A stretch of DNA of 37,474 nt, from positions 1 to 37,474 of IMG/VR virus record IMGVR_UViG_3300037483_001819; one strand, 5' to 3'. Shown piece after piece: positions 15,371-24,130 of the stretch; position 1 is the first letter of the stretch; the number at the start of each line of letters is the position of its first letter. Position numbers and translations under genes: made by a program. Origin of the DNA: a virus. Taxonomy: Duplodnaviria; Caudoviricetes. The notes under the pieces were generated by a model. The model ran no database searches. It was not told the origin of the DNA and saw only the letters and a list, made by a program, of their open reading frames with translations.

Positions 15371-17053
15371 ATGGTCGACGACAGCCAATTTGTCATTCCA
15401 CGGCTTGACCGGGGAATCCACGACAGGAAACTGGATGCCCGGATCAAGTCCGAGCATGACAGTCAGGTGGATATGATCACAGTCATTGATGAAATAAAGG
15501 CGCTGCAAAACGATGGTGTCCTCCTGAAATACCAGAAACGCTGGGTCGAAGACAAATCGCCTGTGAAGGTATGGGAGAAGTCCCGCCGGATCGGCGCGAC
15601 CTGGGCAGAGGCTGCGGATGACGCTTTGATAACTGCTACAGAGACCGGCATGGATGTTTTTTACATCGGCTACAACAAGGACATGGCCCGCGAGTTTGTG
15701 GATGAATGCGCCTCCTGGCTGCGGCATTATCAACTGGCAGCGGAGGAGGTCGAGGAATTCATATTTAAAGACAAGACCCCTGAGGGAGACAAAGACATAC
15801 ACGCCTTCAGGATCGATTGCGCCTCGGGGTTTAAAATTCTTGCGCTCAGCTCAAGGCCTTCGAACCTCAGAGGCAAACAGGGCATTGTGATCATAGACGA
15901 GGCCGCGTTCCATGACGACCTGCAGGGGCTCATCAAGGCTGCGATTGCGCTATTGATGTGGGGCGGCTTTGTCCGGATCATTACCACACACTTTGGCGAG
16001 GACAATCCCTTTAATGATCTGGTCAATTCCATCCGCGAGGGCAAGCTGCCCTATAGCCTGCATCGGACGACTCTGGATGACGCGCTGGCGGACGGGTTAT
16101 ACAAACGCATCTGTCTGGTATTAAACAGGGAGTGGACTCCGGAGTCCGAGGCCGCCTGGAGAGATGAGCTGATTAAATTCTACGGCGATCATGCTGACGA
16201 AGAACTTTTCTGCGTGCCTTCCAAGGGCTCGGGGATCTACTTCACCTCTGCGCTTATCAGGTCCTGCATGAAAGACGATATCCCTGTGCTGCGCTATACC
16301 TGCAGAGACGGCTTTGACGAGCTGCCGGATGAAGCCAGGAGGGCGGAGTGTCAAGCGTTCATTGACGACAATCTTGAACCTCTCCTGAAGGCGCTTCATA
16401 AATCGTCCCTGCATACACGCAATCATTTCTTTGGCGAGGACTTTGCCAGGGACATCGATCTGACGGTCATCACGCCTCTTACTGAACTTCAAAACCTTAC
16501 TCTTCGCGCTCCCTTTATCGTGGAGCTTCGGAACGTGCCGTTTAAACAGCAGGAGCAGATCCTGTTTTATATTGTCGATCGCCTGCCTAATTTCAGGGGC
16601 GGGGCGATGGACGCAAGGGGCAACGGACAATATCTGGCCGAGGTCGCCATGCAGCGCTATGGCACCTCAAGGATTTTTCAGATCATGCTCACCCGGCAGT
16701 TCTATCAGGACGCCATGCCGAAGTATAAGGTGCGCTTTGAAGACAAGACAATAGAGATCCCTCTGGATGCCGACATACTCGATGACCATAAGGTCGTCAG
16801 ATTGGAAAAGGGCATACCCTTAATTTCTGACACCCGCAAGGTCTCAGGGGAAGGCGGCAAGCGCCATGGTGACTCTGCAGTTGCCGGCATGCTCGGAGTT
16901 TATGCTTCGGACAATGCGGCCTCCGGGCCGATCGAATACGAGACAGTTGCCGTGCGCTCTCCGTTTTCCAACAAAGACGATGACTCTGACAGCAGGTTGA
17001 AGATGAGGGCGGATGACAATCCTCATCCGTTTAGAAAAAAGGGGGCATGGTGA
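15371..17053 (+). CDS. Terminase large subunit (Mu gp28-like); true start may be ATG 15473
   Basis: EKSRRIGATW, NLRGKQG, IIDEAAF, GEDFAR..DLTV, RHGDSAVA. Confidence 0.95.
   Translation: MVDDSQFVIPRLDRGIHDRKLDARIKSEHDSQVDMITVIDEIKALQNDGVLLKYQKRWVEDKSPVKVWEKSRRIGATWAEAADDALITATETGMDVFYIGYNKDMAREFVDECASWLRHYQLAAEEVEEFIFKDKTPEGDKDIHAFRIDCASGFKILALSSRPSNLRGKQGIVIIDEAAFHDDLQGLIKAAIALLMWGGFVRIITTHFGEDNPFNDLVNSIREGKLPYSLHRTTLDDALADGLYKRICLVLNREWTPESEAAWRDELIKFYGDHADEELFCVPSKGSGIYFTSALIRSCMKDDIPVLRYTCRDGFDELPDEARRAECQAFIDDNLEPLLKALHKSSLHTRNHFFGEDFARDIDLTVITPLTELQNLTLRAPFIVELRNVPFKQQEQILFYIVDRLPNFRGGAMDARGNGQYLAEVAMQRYGTSRIFQIMLTRQFYQDAMPKYKVRFEDKTIEIPLDADILDDHKVVRLEKGIPLISDTRKVSGEGGKRHGDSAVAGMLGVYASDNAASGPIEYETVAVRSPFSNKDDDSDSRLKMRADDNPHPFRKKGAW
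15391..15461. repeat. Paired palindromic element TGTCATTCCACGGCTTGACCGGGGAATCCA...TGGATGCCCGGATCAAGTCCGAGCATGACA
   Basis: Two inverted, individually hairpin-forming units (REP/RPE-like). Confidence 0.8.
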
Positions 17054-17063
17054 AAAAAAACAT

Positions 17064-17203
17064 TTGTTCTTTGTTTTTTGTTTTTTGTTCTTTGCTTTTA
17101 AACCACGAACCACGAACCACGAACTGCGAACCTGTCAGTTTAACCAGAGGCCGTAGGATCGACGATCCCCCCCCCTGTATGGGCAAAGAGGGGGGGGTCG
17201 GTC
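17064..17203. repeat. Heptamer-periodic repeats (TTTGTTT/AACCACG) plus C-run/G-run hairpin between terL and portal
   Basis: Read directly; intergenic. Confidence 0.7.
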
Positions 17204-17264
17204 TGTTATCTCAAAAAACTGCCTTTATAAAGTCAACTGGGGCCTATTGCGGAGGACAGTGCAG

Positions 17265-18893
17265 ATGATATTTGACGCCTTTGGCAGGGAAGTGACAATG
17301 ACCAGGCGTCCGGTGACGGATGAAATCGTTGTCTCCTCGGTCCGCGACAGATACAATTCCTATCCTGCTCAGGGACTCACGCCGGAGAATCTGGCCCTGA
17401 TATTCAAAGAGGCTGATCAGGGGGATGTCTACCGCCAGTCCGAGATGTTTGAGGAGATGGAGGAGCGGGACGCGCATTTGGGCAGCACTCTTCAGACCCG
17501 CAAGCTGGCCATACAGGGACTGTCCTGGGAGATACTACCGGCCTCTGAATCTCCTGAGGACAGCAAAATAGCGGATGCGGCAAAAGAGATGGTCGAATAC
17601 ATCGAGGATTTTGAAGGCGGTCTGCTGGACATCATGGACGCCCTCGGCAAAGGCTTTTCAGTCTCTGAAATCATGTGGGAGTTTGCAGAGAGGAGATGGT
17701 GGATTAAATCCCTCAACTGGGTGCACCAGAAAAGACTTACCTTCTCCGGCCCGCCAACAGCAGAGGACCTCGGGAGAGGCAACGCCTCACCCCTGCTTAA
17801 ACTGCCACGGCTGCTTACTGAGACAGAACAGGTCTGGGGCGAGGAATTGATGCCCTATAAATTTATTTATCATCGCGCCAAGTCACGCTCCGGGATTGCG
17901 CCCAGGGGCGGACTGCTGAGGCCCTGCGCGTATATGTATCTCTTTAAAAATTACGATATCAAGGACTGGCTGATATTTAACGAGCTTTATTCCGTGCCTA
18001 TGAGGATCGGCAAGTATGCCGCAAGCGCGACCCCGGCAGAGAAGACCGCGCTGAGGCAGGCGGTATTTAACCTGGGCGTGGATGCAGCGGCCATTGTCTC
18101 TGACTCAACAGTCATTGAATTGCTGGAGTCTAAAGTCAGGGGCGAGACCAGCGCGTTTAAAGACCTCGCGGATTTCTGTGATAAGGCGATGTCAAAGGCA
18201 GTGCTCGGCCACACAGGCAGCTCTGAAGGCACACCCGGCAAACTAGGCAGCGAAGACTCTGCCAATGAAGTCAGGCAGGACATACTCGAGGCGGACGCAA
18301 AGGCCCTGATGAAAACCCTCAGGGCGCAACTGCTGGCCCCGTGGGTTGTCTATAACTTCGGGCCTGACAAAGGCGTGCCGCAGTTTAAATTCCATTTCGA
18401 GGGTGAGGAAGATCTGGAGAAGATCGCCCGCACCTACGGCATCCTCGTCAAGGACGTTAATTACAAAGGCATCGGCGTCAAACATATTGCCGACAGGTTC
18501 GGCATCCCTCAGCCTGAGAAAGGGGAGGAGACGGTATCTGCGGTAGTCACGCCGAATCCGTTTGACGTAGAGGCGAAAGATCGGAAGATCGGAAGCGCGG
18601 AAGAAACAGCAACGCAGAAAAACAAAGGCGCGTTGCCATCAAAGGAAAAGCATCTCCCAATGATTGAATCTCAACAATCGGTTGACAATCTGGCTGACAA
18701 TGCGCTGGATGCAGGCGAAATTGATATAGAGACCATGAAAAACCTGATAGAACAGGCAACCTCCTATGAGGATTTACAGCAGAGGATAAAAGGGGCTTAC
18801 GGCAGCCTGGATATGAAACAGTTTCGCACCGTGATGGAGCAGGCGATGTTTATGGCTGATATTGCAGGGAGGTCGCTCAATGTCCGGGGCTGA
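17265..18893 (+). CDS. Portal protein (Mu gp29 / DUF935)
   Basis: FEEMEERDAHL...QTRKLAI, GLLRPCAYMYLFKNY..KDW..FNELY..PMRIGKY, MSKAVLG. Confidence 0.95.
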   Translation: MIFDAFGREVTMTRRPVTDEIVVSSVRDRYNSYPAQGLTPENLALIFKEADQGDVYRQSEMFEEMEERDAHLGSTLQTRKLAIQGLSWEILPASESPEDSKIADAAKEMVEYIEDFEGGLLDIMDALGKGFSVSEIMWEFAERRWWIKSLNWVHQKRLTFSGPPTAEDLGRGNASPLLKLPRLLTETEQVWGEELMPYKFIYHRAKSRSGIAPRGGLLRPCAYMYLFKNYDIKDWLIFNELYSVPMRIGKYAASATPAEKTALRQAVFNLGVDAAAIVSDSTVIELLESKVRGETSAFKDLADFCDKAMSKAVLGHTGSSEGTPGKLGSEDSANEVRQDILEADAKALMKTLRAQLLAPWVVYNFGPDKGVPQFKFHFEGEEDLEKIARTYGILVKDVNYKGIGVKHIADRFGIPQPEKGEETVSAVVTPNPFDVEAKDRKIGSAEETATQKNKGALPSKEKHLPMIESQQSVDNLADNALDAGEIDIETMKNLIEQATSYEDLQQRIKGAYGSLDMKQFRTVMEQAMFMADIAGRSLNVRG

Positions 18894-19536
18894 ATGGAAA
18901 CCACTACCGTTTGATGAGGCTATAGCCTTATTCAAAAGCAAGGTTGTTTTGACTCCGGAGGAATACAAGGCGCTTGAAGCGGCTGTCAGCCAGGCGGCTT
19001 TTACGGTCTCCGGGATCACTGAGGCGGATATCATCAACGATATTTACGATGAGCTACAAAGCGCTCTTGAAAAAGGGACTACATTCATTGATTTTAAAAA
19101 ACAGTTATTGCCAAAAATCGAATCAGCCTGGGGGAGTACTGCGCCTTACAGACTCGATACCATATTCAGGACGAATATCCAGTCCATGTATCAGGCGGGC
19201 CACTGGAAACAACAGATGGAAGTTGTTGATACACGACCCTACTGGCAATACGTTGCTGTAATGGATGGCCGTGTCAGACCTGCCCATGCTGCCATGAATG
19301 GAAAAGTTCTCCCAGCTGATGATCCTTTCTGGCAGCAGAACTATCCACCCAATGGGTTTAACTGCCGTTGTACCGTCAGGTCGCTATCTACCGGGGAGAT
19401 GGACCGCGAGGGGTTGTCTGTGTCTAATGTCAAACAGAATATTTTTGATAAAGGGTTTGGCACAAATCCTGCGGACTTATGGACTCCCGACTTATCCAAA
19501 TACCCTGATTGGCTAAGGGAGAAGATGACAAAATGA
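18880..19536 (+). CDS. Mu gpF/gp30-like minor head protein
   Basis: TIFRTN, YVAVMDGRVRPAH, YPPNGFNCRC. Confidence 0.92.
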   Translation: MSGAEWKPLPFDEAIALFKSKVVLTPEEYKALEAAVSQAAFTVSGITEADIINDIYDELQSALEKGTTFIDFKKQLLPKIESAWGSTAPYRLDTIFRTNIQSMYQAGHWKQQMEVVDTRPYWQYVAVMDGRVRPAHAAMNGKVLPADDPFWQQNYPPNGFNCRCTVRSLSTGEMDREGLSVSNVKQNIFDKGFGTNPADLWTPDLSKYPDWLREKMTK

Positions 19537-20039
19537 GCGGCGTAATTATCACCATAAAACATGATGACGCTAAGGTAAAGACATTATTGACTACGTTAAA
19601 AGAGCGCACCGGCAATCTCACCCCCGTAATGAAAGATATCGGCCAGATTGTGAGAAATTCGGTCATTCAGAACTTTATCTCTAGTGGCAGGCCGCAGAAA
19701 TGGAAACCTAATGCGTTTGCAACAATTATGGGTGGCCTTGGCAGAAAGGATTTCACAAAGAAAGGCACAGTGCGGAAGCCTTCAAGCCGCAGACTCTCCA
19801 AAGGCAAGGTGTTAATAGATACGGCAAGACTTCAAAATTCAATCACATCACGGGCCTTTAGCGACCATGTGGATATAGGCACTAATGTTATCTATGCGGC
19901 AATCCATCAATTTGGAGGCCCGGCTGGACGCGAATTGAACGTAACTATTCCTGCCCGACCATTTCTGATGATTCAGAAGGAGGATAAAACAGCATTCAGG
20001 GTAGCAGTCGAAAACTTTTTAATGAAAGGGGTGAAGTAA
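19533..20039 (+). CDS. Mu gpG-like virion morphogenesis protein
   Basis: LIDTARLQNSI, GTNVIYAAIHQFGG, IPARPFL. Confidence 0.92.
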   Translation: MSGVIITIKHDDAKVKTLLTTLKERTGNLTPVMKDIGQIVRNSVIQNFISSGRPQKWKPNAFATIMGGLGRKDFTKKGTVRKPSSRRLSKGKVLIDTARLQNSITSRAFSDHVDIGTNVIYAAIHQFGGPAGRELNVTIPARPFLMIQKEDKTAFRVAVENFLMKGVK

Positions 20040-20041
20040 TA

Positions 20042-21136
20042 GTGAAAAGTGACGGACATAAAATATTGATCTGCAATGCAGTTAAGCCGCTGGATAACGA
20101 CCTCATGATGCTCCTTTGCAAGGACCTCGCAGGCGTAGTGCCTGCGGAGATACAGGTGGTCCCTGCAGGGTTTCACCAGACGCCAAAGGGTGATTTTCTT
20201 TGCGATGAGGAATCCGCTGCCTCGGTAATCAGCGCGTTTGATTCCCAGATCAACGACATGGTGATTGACTATGAGCATCAGACGCTCACAGGCGGAGAGG
20301 CCCCGGCCTCGGGCTGGATCAAGAAGCTGATCAATAAAGGCAGCGAAGGCATATGGGCTGCTGTTGAGTGGACAGATAAGGCCAGGGAGAGAATAGCAAA
20401 CAAGGAATACAAATACGTGTCCCCTGTATTTCTTAAGCGGATATCCGACAACAAGGTTATCAGACTTATCAACGTTGCCTTGACAAACCAACCGAACATC
20501 GACGGCATGGTGCCGCTGATAAATAAGCAAACAGCTATCAGCAATCAGCGATCAGCTGAAGAAACAAAAAAGGAGGAAGGAACTATGTTCAAAGAATTAT
20601 TGAAGTTGCTCGGACTCCAGGAGACAGCTACGGAGACCGAGGCCATAGCGGCATTTAATACTGTTATGGCGAACAAGGCGGCTATTGTCGCCAACAAGGC
20701 AGTGTTTGCAGCGCTGGGAGTGGCTGAAACAGCCAGTGAAAGTGAGGTCGTGGCCACGATCATGGCGAACAAGCAGGGGCATGACCTGATTGAAAAACTC
20801 ACCCTGCAGGTCAACAAGCTAACGGATGAGCTGAAGACCAAGGCGGATGGCGACATTGAGGAGATGGTCAATAAGGCCATCGCGGGTGATGACAAGGGCG
20901 CGAAGATTACGCCTGCTCAGAAAGACTGGGCACTCGGCTATGCAAAGACCGACCTCGAGGGATTCAAACTGTTTCTGAACAAGGCCCCCTATCAGGTGCT
21001 CAGAGGGCAGAAGGCCCCGGAGGATGACGGTAAGAATCAGGACAAAGTCATTCTCGATGCGGCCCAGATGCAGGTCAACAAAATAATGGGAGTTGACGAC
21101 GAGACGTTTAAAAAGTTTGCACCGAAGGAAAAATAA
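20042..21136 (+). CDS. Mu gpI-like prohead protease/scaffold
   Basis: VIDYEHQT, APASGWI, VEWT..A...I...EYKYVSPVF, VALTNQP, KITPAQKDWA. Confidence 0.93.
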   Translation: MKSDGHKILICNAVKPLDNDLMMLLCKDLAGVVPAEIQVVPAGFHQTPKGDFLCDEESAASVISAFDSQINDMVIDYEHQTLTGGEAPASGWIKKLINKGSEGIWAAVEWTDKARERIANKEYKYVSPVFLKRISDNKVIRLINVALTNQPNIDGMVPLINKQTAISNQRSAEETKKEEGTMFKELLKLLGLQETATETEAIAAFNTVMANKAAIVANKAVFAALGVAETASESEVVATIMANKQGHDLIEKLTLQVNKLTDELKTKADGDIEEMVNKAIAGDDKGAKITPAQKDWALGYAKTDLEGFKLFLNKAPYQVLRGQKAPEDDGKNQDKVILDAAQMQVNKIMGVDDETFKKFAPKEK

Positions 21137-21140
21137 AAAA

Positions 21141-21203
21141 CGTTCGTGGTTCCTGGTGCTTCGTTCTTAGTTAACAAAGAACCAAGAACAAAAAACGACG
21201 AAC
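21141..21203. repeat. Heptamer-periodic imperfect inverted repeat, family copy 2
   Basis: Shares core with 3181-3240. Confidence 0.7.
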
Positions 21204-21229
21204 AACAAAAGAAAAAGGAGGATTTGAAA

Positions 21230-22588
21230 ATGATTAAAAGAGTTTTTAGCATGGGCATTATCTTAGTGATGATCGCCTGTATGTTTTGCGTAGTAAACCC
21301 GCAGGCGTCCTATGCCGCGCTGACAGCGGAGAGGGACACGGCATCAAGGGCAGGACAGACTTTTGAACTGGGAGTCGCCGCCTCTGTCGAAATTTACAAA
21401 GGCGCTCTGGTCGCGGTTGATGCCAGCGGTTATGCCACTCCGGGGGCAACTGCTACTACCATCGTAGGACTCGGCAGGGCTGAGGAGACCAAGGACAATA
21501 CCACAGGCTCTAACGGGGATTTAAACGTCAGGATCAGCAGAGGCATATTCAGATATGCCAACTCTGCAGACGCGGACTTGATCGCAAATGACGACATCGG
21601 CAAACTCTGCTACATAGTGGACGACGCCACTGTGGCCTTAACTAACGGCAGCGACACCCGGTCACCTGCAGGCAGGATCTTCGGGGTTGATAGTTCAGGC
21701 GTATGGGTGGAGTTTCTACACTTCAGCGCGCCGGGCACTGTGGTGTCAGCGGACATTGTTGATGGGACCATTGTAACTGCCGACATAGCGGATGATCAGG
21801 TGACAAGCGCCAAGCTGGCAAACGATCTCACTTTCGGATCAGCCATTACCGATGAGATTACTGTCACGGGGGCCTTGCAAGGAGCGATTGCGTTTTATCT
21901 CGATGGCGCAACAGACAACGCCTTTGAACTGGGGATCGGGGCGCTTGACGATCCTCTGGCAGACAAGACAGTCAAAATACCTTCCAAAACTGACGCAACA
22001 TTAATGATTTCAAGCCTTGTGACCAATGACATTGATGTTGCCAATAGCGTATGGGGAGTATCCAACGGCTTTGCCTTCGGAGGAGCAACGGGCGGAGATG
22101 GGTTTGAAGTTACCGTCAGCCCCTCGGCTGATCCGGGCGCGGACGTGGCAATAGGCTTGCCTGCGGCCAGCGGAACTTTGGCAAATACTGCGGGAGCCGG
22201 ATCAAATAAAACCGTGGTAGCAGGCTCCGGCGCAAATACGGTCGCAGCTACCGACTGCGGCAAGGTCTTCACTGCTGCGGCTGATGCTGATGGAGTATTT
22301 AATCTCCCGGCAACAGTGGCAGGCTGTGAGCTGACATTTATTAACATCGGGGCAGACACCAATAACCTGCTGACCGTCAACCCGGACGATGCGGATAAAA
22401 TATTTTGCGTTGGCCTCAGCGCTGCAGCTGATACCCAGGGCGTTGATATCGAGGGATCTGATGGTGATGCCATATCAAACACCAAAGGCACTGCGGAGCG
22501 TGGTGATCAGGTGACGCTTATCGGCGATGGCGCGGACGGCTGGTACTGTAAGGGTTTTGCTGTGGGCATATGGGCTGATATTAATTAA
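21230..22588 (+). CDS. Putative capsid decoration/cement protein with N-terminal signal peptide and long C-terminal extension
   Basis: AGGAGG RBS at 21230; ALTAERDT...VAASVEIYKGALV..DASGYA...DIGKLCYIVDD..V...AGRIFGVDSSGVWV domain; lies between protease and major capsid genes. Confidence 0.75.
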   Translation: MIKRVFSMGIILVMIACMFCVVNPQASYAALTAERDTASRAGQTFELGVAASVEIYKGALVAVDASGYATPGATATTIVGLGRAEETKDNTTGSNGDLNVRISRGIFRYANSADADLIANDDIGKLCYIVDDATVALTNGSDTRSPAGRIFGVDSSGVWVEFLHFSAPGTVVSADIVDGTIVTADIADDQVTSAKLANDLTFGSAITDEITVTGALQGAIAFYLDGATDNAFELGIGALDDPLADKTVKIPSKTDATLMISSLVTNDIDVANSVWGVSNGFAFGGATGGDGFEVTVSPSADPGADVAIGLPAASGTLANTAGAGSNKTVVAGSGANTVAATDCGKVFTAAADADGVFNLPATVAGCELTFINIGADTNNLLTVNPDDADKIFCVGLSAAADTQGVDIEGSDGDAISNTKGTAERGDQVTLIGDGADGWYCKGFAVGIWADIN

Positions 22589-22616
22589 CAACAACTAAAA
22601 AAAGGAGGATAATTTC

Positions 22617-23588
22617 ATGACAAAGATTTTAAGGTTTCTCTTAGTGTTTATCACGATGTTGATGCGGCCTGTTGTAAATAATGGCGGCTACATCACCATC
22701 ACCCCGGCCATATCAACGGCCATCAGGCAGAACTTCCAGACCATCTTTAACCAGGCCTTTAAAGGGGTAACGCCCTGGTGGCCGAAGGTGGCGATGCGAG
22801 TGCCTTCGACAACCAGCAAGGAAATCTACGCCTGGCTGTCGGCCTTCCCAAAGATGCGGGAATGGCTTGGCGACAGGGTCATCGCGAACCTCGCGGCCTC
22901 GGATATGGAGATCGTCAACAAGGATTTCGAACTTACCATCGAGGTTGATAGAAACGAGATCGAGGATGAGCGCATAGGGCTTTATAACCCGATCATCTCC
23001 ATGGGCGGCGACTCCTGCGCCAAGCAGCCCGACGAGCTGATCTTCCCGCTGATGACAGACGGCTTCGACCATGTCTGTTTTGACGGCCAATACTTCTTTG
23101 ACACCGATCACCCGCACATCAAGACAGACGGCACAACGGAAAACGTCTCCAATGACGGCGGCGGCGGCGGCAATCCTTGGTTCCTGCTTGACCTCTCCCG
23201 CCCTGTAAAACCCTTTATCTTCCAGGACAGGCGTCCGCTGTCATTTACGTCGCTGGATAAACCGGATGATGAAAACGTCTTTTATCGCAGGAAATACATC
23301 TATGGCTGGGACTCCAGAAACGCCGCAGGCTACGGCCTCTGGCAGCTTGCCTATGGGTCTAAGGCCACCCTCGACTCGACCAACTATGCGGCCTACCGCG
23401 CGGCAATGGGCGCATTTAAAAAGGACATGTCCGAGCAGCCTTTAGGCATTGTGCCGACACATCTGGTCTGTGGGCCTGCAAGCGAGGCAGCTGCAAGAGC
23501 AGTGCTGATTGACGAGAGGCTGGCCAACGGCCAGACAAATACCTGGAGAAACACAGCCGAGCTGATAGTGGTGCCCTGGCTGCCATAA
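22617..23588 (+). CDS. Major capsid protein (Mu gpT-like)
   Basis: YAWLSAFPKMREWLGDR, NKDFELTIEVDRNEIED, CFDGQYFFDTDHP, KPFIFQDR, GYGLWQLAYGS. Confidence 0.96.
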   Translation: MTKILRFLLVFITMLMRPVVNNGGYITITPAISTAIRQNFQTIFNQAFKGVTPWWPKVAMRVPSTTSKEIYAWLSAFPKMREWLGDRVIANLAASDMEIVNKDFELTIEVDRNEIEDERIGLYNPIISMGGDSCAKQPDELIFPLMTDGFDHVCFDGQYFFDTDHPHIKTDGTTENVSNDGGGGGNPWFLLDLSRPVKPFIFQDRRPLSFTSLDKPDDENVFYRRKYIYGWDSRNAAGYGLWQLAYGSKATLDSTNYAAYRAAMGAFKKDMSEQPLGIVPTHLVCGPASEAAARAVLIDERLANGQTNTWRNTAELIVVPWLP

Positions 23589-23647
23589 AGGCCGTGAAAC
23601 GTGAATCGTAAAACGTGAAATGTAGGGGCACCCCTGGAGGGTGCCCT
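23589..23647 (+). repeat. Composite element AGGCC(GTGAAnn)n...TGAAATGTA-hairpin after major capsid gene
   Basis: Related copy at 28926-29022. Confidence 0.7.
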
Positions 23648-23677
23648 GAATACACAGAAAAAAGGAGGAAATAAAGA

Positions 23678-23866
23678 ATGCCAAAGGTAAGAGTAAGCGC
23701 CATACCGGAGAAGGGTTTTGGCCGTATAGGTAAAAGGTTCAGCCGTGAGGCCACGGAGCATGAGGTCACAGCAAAGGAACTGGATATCCTCAAGAAAGAG
23801 AAGATGCTGGTTGTTGTGGAGATCCCGGCTGAGAAGAAAGAGAAAGAGAAAGAGAAAGAGAAATAA
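23678..23866 (+). CDS. HI1506/Mu gp35-like small protein
   Basis: GFGRIGKRFS...ELDILKKEKMLVV; follows gpT; AGGAGG RBS. Confidence 0.7.
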   Translation: MPKVRVSAIPEKGFGRIGKRFSREATEHEVTAKELDILKKEKMLVVVEIPAEKKEKEKEKEK

Positions 23867-23887
23867 CAAATTTACAAAAAGCGAAAC

Positions 23888-23986
23888 CCGACCGCTTGAT
23901 TCAGGCGGTCGGAGTCATCCGGCGGTGGTTGGCGCTTAATGCGCCTACTGTTGGCGCTTAATGCGCCTACTGTTGGCGGGCCGGAT
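23888..23986. repeat. Hairpin cluster with 2.3 tandem copies of the 22-mer GTTGGCGCTTAATGCGCCTACT
   Basis: Copies at 23928-23949, 23950-23971, partial to 23978; enclosed by ATCCGGC/GCCGGAT; upstream hairpin 23888-23912. Confidence 0.8.
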
Positions 23987-24130
23987 CTGATGAGCAGCCA
24001 AAAGAAGATGGGAAAGGTAATGGCAAATGAAAACTAAAATTACTCAGGCAGGGGATTATTACCTGTATGTGATTAATACAGACACTGCACGAAGCATGGA
24101 AGTGTATGTGGGGGCTTCTTGTTACTAAAT

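Noticed and set aside
17047-17268. 73-aa ORF between terL and portal, plus the 5' extensions at 21146 and 28952
   Set aside because: These are translations of heptamer/palindromic repeats; better RBS-linked starts exist downstream
23928-23978. Mini CRISPR array
   Set aside because: The 22-bp repeats are directly adjacent with no spacers, and there are no cas genes in the window
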